Positions 30,301-42,300 of a stretch of DNA of 64,000 nucleotides are shown here, piece by piece (position 1 is the first letter of the stretch; every line of letters starts with the position of its first letter). A program made the position numbers and the translations under genes. The DNA is taken from NCBI GenBank assembly GCA_051362555.1, contig CM120647.1, positions 3,720,001 through 3,784,000 of the forward strand, in the 5' to 3' direction. This stretch comes from Lingula anatina. Lineage: Eukaryota > Animalia > Brachiopoda. Below the pieces are notes generated by a model that saw only the letters and a program-made list of their open reading frames with translations, was not told the DNA's origin and made no database searches.

Positions 30301-33300
30301 GTTAGGGGGTAATTAACTATCGTTTAGCAGCTTCAGTAGGCGTGCCATGCATCTAAGCCGCTTATTCTGAATGCAATTTAGCGAGAATCCCCTCGGAGAT
30401 GGGTCGATCCTGCTAGATCGATCTAGGTACAGGAATGGGGTCTTATATGCCAAGCATATGACCCATGTTATATAAAGCCGTAGATTATTTTTTTAATTTG
30501 GTCATATTATATGGAGCTTGAAAGTAAACGCATCGTCATCCGATGTTCATGTTGGAAGCGTGTTTTTTTTTACCAAATACGGTTTGTTATTCTGAAAAGG
30601 TTTTTAAATTTGATAGAGATGGTGTGTCATATTCCTTTCCCTTATATTACACATTTGAAATAATGGAGGCGCCTTTTCTAAAATCAATGCACTATGCTAT
30701 GATACCGTCGCATTAAAGTTGTTATAAAGACATACTGTGAGCACCCGGCCTATATATATACTTAAGAACAATTCCTGTTCCTGTAATTATGACGGATGTT
30801 AAGACAGAAATGGGAGTTAGGGACAGTTTCAAGTGTGGGATGGTATTTCTGGAAAATCGAGTTAAAAGATCGCAAATTGTCAATGATATTGAATATGCTG
30901 TACGTACCTTGGGATTACTGGAAATGATGACATTTCCATATTTCTTTTTATTATTTAAAGCGTAATGTGTGCACTTAAATGTATAAACGAGCACATACTG
31001 TCCTCCATGTACTCACGAATCCTGATAACGCGAGTATTGTCCTCATCATACATGTATATCGATGACGTGTTCAGCTACACGTGCCTGCATATATCATTGA
31101 TTTCCTTTAATAATATTTATAACTGTGTTGCTGATGGCAAACAATGGCTCTCTGTGTTAATTCCTCGTATTTCCAGTTGTCATCACATTCATAATTATTC
31201 AACGATTGCATTTATCGAGGAATAAGGCACAATCAGTGCGTTTTATCAGATTACCAACACATTCGTGTATTCGGCTACTGTTTTTTTATATACAACAGTG
31301 TTAACCTATAAAGGGTGCGCGCTATAAAACTATTTAGCTGTACAGATAAATATTTGGTGATTCTGTTGGATTTCATACAGCGATTATGATATTTCTGGGA
31401 CGACTGTGTGCGCCGAAGTCATGGTCGTAAGCGCGTGCGTATGGGCTACCATTTTATTGCATATCTCTCGAAAATTACAAACTCTTTCTCAGTCACACAG
31501 AACTTATATATATAAATAAAAATAACCGCTGTGAAAGTTCACGAACTCACATTTCTGGTTTAACACAGGGTATTCTAGGTTCAGGATTTGCTTTGAAAGT
31601 GCACGAACAGCAGAGACAGAAGCACCACAGCAGACGACAGATCCCAGCCTCGGTTCTGATTCAGGCAGTATGGCGGTGCTATGCAGCAGACGAGCACTCC
31701 ACTTCCCAAGCCACCTGGAAGATCCACCTACGACCCCATCCTAGCCCCATCTCGTATGTAGACATTCTAAAGCGGACAATAGAAAAATTGAAAGCAATAG
31801 CCCTTTGGCTACTTCGCACATTTAGAAGTGGCTTGAAGTGATGCAAGTAGTGACCTTGACCTCATCTAATATGACCTTGACCTTGCAGTGATGCGTATAT
31901 GACCCTGACCTAGCCTCGGTCGTGCTTTTGCTTTGCTACTCGTATAGGGGCCCTCTATCCGTATGATATGTGAATGCTGATGTTCTTGGAAGTGCTAAAT
32001 GTTTTCTTTCTAATATTCATAAGTAAATTAACATTGTTTTCTTTCTAATATTCATTAAGTAAATTAACATTTTATTAGGTGTGGGCAAACATATCTTTCC
32101 GATGCTTAAAATAGCACAGTAAAAATAACTTTATTAGTAAAATTACATTTTTGGTTTAAAACCTGAATACGTAAGAGGTCTTTATCAGCTTTCACATATT
32201 AAATAGAAAGAGGGTCCCCAACCAGCGCTATTGCCTCTACTCAGTCGCTCTCTCTACACATATATACATATTACGTAACCACGCTTGCTTGTTGTAGGTT
32301 TTCCAGGTACCGGCTTAGAAGCAGCCATCACGCCCGGCAGTGGATCTATTATAATATACATCTTTTTATCATAAGTGTTGTGATCACCGCATATAACTAT
32401 AGTCACGCTTATCATCCACCGTTTCATATTCGTTTGTCGCTTGCTCTGCATTTCTGCCACTTTCTCTCTCGTAGGGCATCTTAGGTTCCGGCTTTGCTCT
32501 CAAGGTGCACGAGCAACAGCGCCAGAAGCACCAAATCCGGAGACGGATCCCCGCAGCCTTCCTGATACAAAGTATTTGGCGGTGCTACGCTGCCGACGAG
32601 AGTTCTTGTTCGTTGGCGACTTGGAAAGTCAACGTGGAACCCCCGAAACCGCCAAGCCCCCAGGCGTATGTTCGTTGTCAGTAGTAACTGTAGAGTCATG
32701 ATGCGGATGACGTTGGTGTGGCGTCATTGTTCTAGCTTCCGGTTTTGATTCCTGGTTCTTGGTTCCGTTTCGTATCTAGAGCATCCCTGGCACTGACGCC
32801 ATTTTGCTTTATGTCTTTGCCCTTCTTATTGTTGTCCGTGTTTCAACATCCCACCACCTTCCCGCCGCTTCTTCTTCCCCAAAGAATTAATCCTCCACTT
32901 TCTATCTGATATTGATACGGACCCTTCCTGACGCCTTCCCTGTCAAATCTGTATTACAATCTTTTCTATGTCTGTTCTATATTTATTATAGTTTGCATGT
33001 GTGCTTTATCGGGATTGTTTCCAGTTATTTATTCTTATGCCATTTTCATTGGTTATTGATACACCGTTTGGATATATTCTTTGAAAGCAAGTTTTGCGAC
33101 ATGGCATTTATTTCCAGCTGCGTATTTTAATTAAACACCTAACAGTTTGATCAGTTAACATACATACATTCGACCAAAATAGGTTGGAATCATGCAATTA
33201 TTTTTTCAATTAAAAAAAAAAAACTATGTTAATTATTGGGAAAATATTCAGTGTATATAAAAAAGTAAAGAATGGTGGATGCATTATCACTCAATATTCG

Positions 33301-36300
33301 GTTAAATACTTAACTCATATGGTAATTTAATAATTATTCAAAATAACAGTTTCCGATTGTATTTGGCCGAGTGTATTTTCAACTAATTTTATTTCAGCCT
33401 ATAGTCAGCGGTGTTTGCTTTTCGAGCTTGAACTCAGTTTGGGAAAGTTAGATAGTTTGATTTGCAGCTTTGCCAGACGCCTTTGCATTTTCAAAAAAGA
33501 GAGAACTTTTTCATATTATTAAACAATGCGTTGCAGCACTGTTATTTTTTTTTTTGGAAATCGTATTTTTTTATTTAACATGATTTGCCAATAATTAAGT
33601 GTTAATTAATTTGATTAAATATTCACTTTAACAGGTATAAATGTGTTAAGTTTTACCATTGGCACTTTATCTTTCGCTTGACTATTGATCTGATCATTTT
33701 AAGGGTGTGCATGTAGTACTATTATTCTTACCTAACTATAACGGTGTAATTATTCGGAATATGAAACCTGTATACTATTTTTTTAGATTAATATGATCTT
33801 CTAAAATTTCCTTCTTGTCATCTTAGTCTTTGTTTAAAATCAAAGTATGAGTATTGAACCGTATATACCCATAATATTAATGCACTCCATTATGTATTCG
33901 AAATTGCCGCAAAGATCTTTTGTATCGTATGTGTATACGCCACCTACTGTTTTATCAGGGAAAAGTCGTCTTTTGTAAGTCGGCTGTCAACAATACGCCG
34001 AAAGGACCGCAGTCAAAGCGAGCGCCCCATCCTCCATCGTTCCCAGAGTCCTACGTCACCCAACCCGTCACCGTTGATCTCCAGACACTTCAGTTTTAAA
34101 CTCAGAAATAGTGACAGGGAAAACGACTCCACGGAGGCTTTAAACAGGTAGGAGAAGCCACTTTCACTTTCGTTTTTGTCTGTATGTACGGTTATATGCA
34201 TATACTGTACAGGTAAAGGTAAATTCTATATTTATACAGTAACATTTATATTGTTCTTTGCTGCTTTAGTATTCCAAAAACTACCAACAAGGCAAGACTG
34301 ATATGCTTTTGGTCGCGTTCATTAGTTTGTCTTGTCAGGTAAAGTAGGACAATATTGTATATAAGCATTGTTATTGTCAAATGTACATATTTTGTGGAAA
34401 CTCAAAGAATATGCATATATATATATATATATATTGTTATGCACAGCTTTTGACATGATCTCAGCAAATCGCTAGACTCGAAACAAAGTGTAGAACACCA
34501 GGCTATATTGGCACGCTTACGTTAAGGTGTAAGCCAGCTTTTCACATTTCAGGATTGCACTTTATCTGAAGATATTGTAATCTTTTTGCGTCATGCTTTT
34601 TGACAACTATTGTAATCAGTAATTACATTCTGAGTAGTAACAATGGTCCTATTTCCGTTCTCGCTATACAGTCTAATAAACAGGACTTGGTAAGGCATAT
34701 ACCGGGGGTGGTCTTGTGCATGTGTTCTTTTGTGAATCCTTTTTTTTTCTGTCAAACCTCACAGAATACTAAATTGCTGTTATTGAAATTTAACTTGATA
34801 GATTCATCGACACAATGTTTATTAACACGTGTATTTATTGATTTTATTGATCTGAAGAGGGTGCGATTTGATGCTGATGTAATGCTCAAGGGATATGCAG
34901 TTCCGATCATTTGAGTTCACAAATTAGGCAGTGGCACATCTTGGTAAATCAAAGATGTTCAATTTGCATATAAAGGTGTTCAGCAATGTAGAAAAGTGTA
35001 TCTTGTGGATGGTACATTTACCATCAGCCACTAGTAAAGAAAAAAACCTTTGAAGTGAACCGTAAAGCCAACTGACCGTGGTCAAAGATTGGCCAAAGGA
35101 TATATACCCCTGAGCATTACGTGGGGTGAAATTGGTGCAGTTTGTGTGTCATTGATAACGTGACGACACCATTGAATCATGGGGCTTGTAACAGCGCATG
35201 CTTGGTGTTTCTACACACATTTAAAAAATATGGGCGTGTAATATATTTTCCCAGACAGCACACGTACAGTGTAGACGAGCATGGAGGATTTCCCAAAACT
35301 TTGTCCATAATTCTTCTAAACTTTTAGATCAAAAATGTGGTCTACCTAGTTCAAGAGAAATCCAGAGAATTCCACTTACCTATTTCTTGGTTCAACATGA
35401 ATAAACAGTGCAACATTCCATTTGATTGAACGATTGTTGATTTTTATCACGTAAAAATAAACTGTAATTTCAATTTTAATGTTAACACAAACTTTTTGGC
35501 TATTTTCCCCTAAAATTGGTCAATGGGGCCGTGGCACTATTTGTTTTGACGAAATAGCCCTATGGGTCAATTCCAGATGGAAATAAAACGGCATTTACTA
35601 AATAAAATCCAAGTAAACCCGCCAAATTTGGACCCACGTGGAAATCACCGCAAGGTCCACCTTGGGGTCCAGCATTGGCCCAAGACGGGTCTGTGAAGAG
35701 TGCGCTGGCAGGGTCGTTGAAAAAGGGCTCACAGAAATGGGTGCATTTTAAATCTATGACAAACAAAACTGAGTCACATGCCTGTTATATACCCCATGAA
35801 TGAATGGGAAGCCGTCTAACAACACTACTGCAGTGTCTGCATGGTTACTGCATAGCTGCATGAGTTCTTCTTGCATGTGTTATGCTGATATGTTGCATGG
35901 TCTGAAATAATGTGTTGTTGAGGTTGTCTTATATTGTGATAATGGGTGGTCTTTTTTATTGGCTTTTATGTTTAATAATTGTAGTGCATGCTACCATGGC
36001 ACTAATGGAAGGGTATATTGTATTTGGATAGTTCTAAAATTGATAGTTCTACAGGTAATAATTATGAGAACGTTTATTTTGATATACCGACCTCCCCTAG
36101 GGATTACTTTACATTAATTTTCCCGCCAGATGGAGACACTTTTAGGATAAGAAGGCAGCATGACCCTAAGGACTAGGGAAAATCTCAGTAAAGACCCCAA
36201 ATATCGTAATGAATATTGGAAATTGATATAGCCAGCTTTATGTAGTATATACATTTTGAACGTTTTTTCAACTGTTTGGTGGATGAGTTTGGGTCATTCC

Positions 36301-39300
36301 TAATCTCATTATCGGTGGTTAGTTATCAAGAAACGTCTGGACAAGAGAACTTTGAAAACGGCAAATATCGATAGTTATCAGAGCAAGTATTAAGCGTGTT
36401 GAAACTTTGGCATAGACGTTAAGTACGACGCTACACAATCTATAGGAACCTAATCCTAAATGAAACCATTTAGATCAAAGAGAATAGAATTATCTCACTG
36501 CGGCTATGGTCTTAACCGCATTTTAGTTAGGTCTTTTTATGATAAATCACTCTGTTAATTGTGCCTGATTCCTGGAAAGTTGTCCTCGATAATCATCCAA
36601 ATAGCGTCCCTTTATCTCTTTTGATAGTAATGGGTGATCTTGCTAGGGTAATAATACATGTATATTTGATACTGTTTCATTACTTTGATCTTAGATTTCA
36701 AACGCATTCAAATTTATTGGCCCTCTTTGATGAAGTGCTGAAAGGCAGCGTAACATTTAGGTCAATATTTAATGTGTGCGTTGCCTTACCATTAAGTGTC
36801 TAAAAAGGGTCGTGCAACATGGCTGAATGTAAATGTTTCTGTGTAGAGTTTTGTCTTTTATCCCTCGATTGAAACGGTATATGCTTGCTTTTACTTTCCT
36901 TAATTGCTAATTTCTTTTCTATTGTTACTTCCTGGCGCCTGTGCCAATATTTTATTAATATAACTTTATCCTTATTTCTATTTGTATTTCAATTTCAAAC
37001 ACGGTATAAATATGTGTGTATGTGTTATTTAAGTCGCGTATGCGGGTTTCCTCTGTCCTTCTTTGAAATTTGTGATTTTTGTTCGCTGGCAACTTCTGTC
37101 AAACTCGTATGTTTTTCGTCACTTCTTAACAAGTTTTTTTGAGCGAAATAACATAGATTTTCTACTGACCCTAGGTTTCATTTGAAAGATTCCATTTTTC
37201 GTAACTTGAACAGCGTTTTATACAACCATATGATGTCATAAGTATAATTGTTGATATGCAGTAATACACACTGGACAATAGACGTGTCACCCCCTGAATC
37301 AGAGTAATCAAAGTTATTAACATGAAGAGGCAGAATATAAGCAATTTCAGAATATCGATACAGTTGAATTGTTTAGTCAGAACCGTTTCTCTTGTGAAAT
37401 TTGATGTCAATAAAATGATACCAGGAGCATATCATTCCACAGTCATTTCTCTCCCCCAAATTATTGGTTCAGTAGGGGTGACACTTCTATTGTCCAGTGT
37501 GTTTAGTATAAAGTGACAACCCAGGGCCTCATTTGAAAGTTAGCATTAAGTGAGCAACATCAACCCGAAAGCCGCTTTAAGGAACATAGCCTGCCTACAA
37601 TAAAGGTTTTAATCTAAATCTATCAAGTCTTTTAACATAAAACTAACGCATGAGCTGACCCTAGATGTCTACCTACTAATAAATCGGTTTCTAAAATAAA
37701 ATGAAACCCAGCAAACGTTGGCAGTTATTGATGTCATGTGCGAACTTGATTACTAACGACAGGCGGATCCAGATGGGAAGAGGGTCCATTGCACTTATCA
37801 CACAGCAAAATTGTATATTACCGGTATTACCTGACCTGCTACCCACTCCTTCCACCAAGAATATATGCATATATGTGAATAGATATAAAAAAAAACAGAA
37901 AAGACTGTATCGGTAGTGTCATATCATTCACTAATAAGTTTTGAGAGCTTTGGGCAAAATACTAAATTACCTTTTGGGGAACCTCGTTCTACTGGACAAT
38001 CTGGGTCCGCCATTACTTAATACAACGGTACGAGAACGCATATATGTGTTTGAAATAAATTGATGAATTACAAAGTGTGATCACGGTCATGTGATTGTTT
38101 CTCTTACGTTCATTGTGGCGCCATTGTGGTCTGTTGTCTGTGTTGGAAAGTTGGTCCTTCAATGGTAACTTCTGATTGTGAATTATAATCAACTGAAACA
38201 TCCATCGTGACGTGCACAGACGGATCTAGATGAAAGAGAGGGGTCTAGGGTACCGCCCCCACTTTTCTAAAACTATATAGCACCTCATATCCAGTAACCC
38301 CCCTCCCAAAAATCAAATCCCATTATGGCTATAGATTCAATTTTATTTTGCTTACATGTAGATCATCTTTTGGAAGTGTGACAATCTTTCCCTTCCACCC
38401 GTTTTTTCTTGATGACCTTGATCAGTCTGTGACACGTGTGTGAAATGTATTGTAATCCAGTGGGGCACGTGTAAAATATAAAATGTAATTTATTCTTTGT
38501 CTAATTTACTACTTAAATTAGCTTACTCTTAATGTCTGTGGAAGATTTGTATCGAAATATGCACTTCCATGTCTTTTCTTCTTTTCTAACACTTGTGCCA
38601 GTACACTGATGCTTGTTTTATCAGTAATATTTGCACGTACACTACCTCTTCAATGCGCTGATATATATGCCTAGTTATCTTCTTTTTCTCTAACATGCTC
38701 CGCGCTTTCACGACTCGCGACAACGAGTCCAACCCCAACGATCCAGATAGGTTAGTATGAAACCTCTCTATGGTGCGATATTGGACTTGCTTCTGCTGCT
38801 TGGGTACTATCGAGTCCAGTCCGCATGTTTTAAACGAAGTAATGTGAGGACTCATTCTAATGCGGATTGGACTTTCTTTTGCTACAATAACGGTATCTAA
38901 CTCGTTCCACATTATCTAGATTGGTTAGAAAGGGGTTTCTTAGCTATACCGACAGCTATGGGTAAGGGTATACAGTTTAAGAGTCGGAAGAAATCTACGT
39001 TATAATCGAGTACTTACCTCCAGCTCTCAGCTGCTGTCGTGGCTCTGCTCTCACTTCATCCTTAGATATGTCACTTGGGCTGGACTGAAACATAAGAAAA
39101 CAAGAATTTAAGTAATTTGGTGACAATTCTCTGCAATTCATTGCTTTGCACATTTGTTGTTCTCTTTGGCTTTTACAATGTAGGTGTGTGATATAAACTC
39201 ATTATAATAAATAAAAAATTGCATTCGTCGGAGAGGGAAAAGTGGGAAGAAAATAGGCGAATATGATGTTGGATGGCGTTAGGCAATATATCCTGTACGT

Positions 39301-42300
39301 GATACATTGGCGGTTGCAGCATCACATGGTTCATGGACCAGATGCCTTGGTTCACATTACATGCCTTATCTATATTGAAAAGGGCATTTACTGTCTATAT
39401 AGAAGTAATGGTATGGTATTGGGAAGAAAAGACCGTTTATTAATTTGACATTTTTTTTACATTATGCCCCAAGGTGGACAAAATTTCAATAATACAGAAC
39501 ATAGCTCTAACTAATTTTATTTAATGATCCAGATTATCATCGCTATTAAATTATCTGGAAGGTGTGAAAAATGGGGGCCGGTTCTTTAACTCTGCGTGAT
39601 ATTCTATGTTCTGGAATGCATTACGAATCCATCTACTGATTAAAGCTCTCTTGGTTTTGGGGTGGTTTGCAGTTTTGCCTAGATACCAAAATACATAGAC
39701 TTGAGTGCACGAAATAGATATTTTAGTAAGTAGTATAGAGTTCCATTCATATAAAATGACTGCACATTATTATTGCTATGCACAAGTATGTGTAAATGAA
39801 TACATATAGCATCAGCTTCTTTGTAGTAGTCTATATATAATCTCAAATGTAATCTATATACTGCTGCGCTCGCTTATTAGATTCAGCTATATATTAACGT
39901 TCTATATTCGCTTATTCTATAAGTAATTGAAAGACACATGTATCTGCATAAAGCTCGCCATCTTGCTTTTTATTTAACAGTAACATACAAACGATGTTTA
40001 GCACATAAACTGTATATTTTGATGATGCGTTATAACTTAGCACAAAACACCTGTTATTTTTTATTTGAATTAATCCAGAACTTTCCACCTCAACTTTAAC
40101 CATCTCGTCAATAGAAGGGGCGTGAATGGCAACGTTATTCGATCTTGTCAGGGATGTCACTCTTATTTAAAGAGTTAAGACTATTGCCATCCGATATTTC
40201 GTGTGTTTGTGAACCATCAGAGAAGAAAAAAAAATCCCCTGTAAAACTGAAAAAGAAATCTGTCCCTAATTCAATTATCTATATCCGCCACACGTGCCAT
40301 CTATCGGCAGGACGTTAACGTAGAGGTTGGACCGTCTGGGTTTCTTCAGTTTGTGTTTTATTGTAGACTCATCGTCTTTCGTTTTCTAGGAGCCACATTA
40401 GCTTGACAGTCGGTGACAACGTCCTGAGCAGAGAAAATACGATGACAAGGAAAGAATCTGACGGTAGGGATTACATTAAATCCATTACTTTGATTCCTTG
40501 TTACAGTGGGATTACGACCTCTCAAGAGAGTGGTTTAAAATTCGTCTTTCAAGCGGTCGCAAGGCATGTGTGACAGAAATGGCAGTCCTACTAACCCTAA
40601 CCCTTACCTTAACTTATCATATGGGACCCTGCACTTCCATTCCCACGACTACCATTCATGTCACACAGGTGTAGGCTTTATAGTAACATGGAAATTGTAA
40701 TTTAGAATTTAGATTCGTTGCATATATTATTACTGGAAAGAACTTACGTGTTCGCCCCCCCCCCCCCCAGCACACACGCACACAATATGTTTTGAAGACA
40801 ATGCAATAAACAGGCGTCGGATACGTTATTTCCCCTTTCACTATTATTGCGAAGATTAAACGTAGCTAAGGGAAGTGTAATTACCTGTACGAAGTATCGA
40901 CCGAGATTGAGAGAAAAATTATCTTATCTTAATTAAAAAGTACTTTTGCAAGAAATAAAAATCAAGAGATAGCTTGCTAAACTTTTTTTCTAAAATTCTA
41001 ATATCATTCCCATATGGCTGAATGAAAAGAAGCACTTTTATTGGAATGAAAACCAAGAGAGAGCTTGCTTAACTTTTTTCTAAAATTCTAACATCATTCC
41101 CATATGACTGAATTTAAAGAAAAATATCTTATAGAAATGACATTGGATTCTTATTTCATTCCCATATTTCAGAGGATTTATTAGAAAGCACGGGACAAAT
41201 CACCGAGTTGACAGAAGTCCACAAACGCGCCATCCGTGCTATCCGGAAAATCAAATACTTCGTCGCCAGGCGGAAGTTCAAAGAGGCGCTCAGGCCGTAT
41301 GACGTCAAGGATGTCATCGAGCAGTATTCGGTGGGACACGCCGACATGCTGGGCAGGATCAAAACTCTGCAGGGAAGGTAGGTGGCCATTGCGATAGGTG
41401 AGACAGTGTTCACTGGATATCAACCTGACACATTGACATAGATGTTGGTCCAGCTCAGAATTTCAGAAGTCTTTTGCTAAATATGTGAAAAGTAAGAAAA
41501 GTCAAAGACGTTGTGGAAAGTCACCGTGATGCACATTTTAAAACAAGGGTCATAAGATAATGACGCTGGTCCATAACCTCATTTAGGGCCAAGCCTAGCG
41601 GCTAACAGTGACAACATCAGATATGACATTGCGTTATGTGTTTTCTTCAGTTCTACAAGAGACAATGGTTAAAAACCTCGTAAGTAGACTGTTTCATTTT
41701 CTCAATCGTTTACGTCTTCCAGATTAGACACTATACTCGGCAAGCAGGGATCAAAGGCAAAGGACGTTTATGAATCCAAGTTTAGTTTGGCCTCCAGGGT
41801 TGTTAAAATAGAGAGACAGGTATGCTATGCTATATGAATAATATAAGATAATGTAATAATTGAGTATTAAATTGTCCATTTATTGGTTGCACGAAAGACC
41901 GGAACGTAAGTCAATTAATAGTTAATTTTCAGAAGATGTGTTTCTTTTTATACTTAACTTATTATGGATCCTGGTTATCAAATAATTAACCCAAGGCCAT
42001 GTGTTGAATAGATGTATTCACGTAACATGTTTTACCCTCTTTGAATAAAGTTTATTATTATTATTTTTTATTAACATAAAATACAATATGGAAATCGAAA
42101 CGTTAAATTTAGTATTAAGCCATATGTGGCGTCACATGAGTTTGGGTGTTTCTACATGTATGTGATATATTAACGCTGTTTAATTCGTTATTTTTCAAGT
42201 TTTTAAATTTTAATTTCGTTTAACAAACAGGTTCCTATCAGTTATAAATAAAATGTTTTTTATTTTCATCATTTATATAAAATTGTATATTCTATCTTTA

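Noticed and set aside
31754-31841. ORF extension of exon A ([28 protein letters not shown]) as an alternative C-terminus
   Set aside because: It begins exactly at the gtatgt donor mirrored in exon B, so it is most simply intron read-through. The product would lack helices B-D.
32441-32701. ORF-track peptides overlapping exon B
   Set aside because: Wrong frame or strand; the KCNQ-homologous frame starts at 32475.
32413-33281. catccaccgtt upstream of exon B pairing with aatggtggatg at 33271 as a docking/selector pair
   Set aside because: Only 11 nt with one G-U pair, and no competing partner for exon A was found; compatible with chance without conservation data.
34270-34291. 22-nt microexon after tttgctgctttag with a GC donor
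   Set aside because: Not a multiple of 3, non-canonical donor, and no convincing compensating exon.
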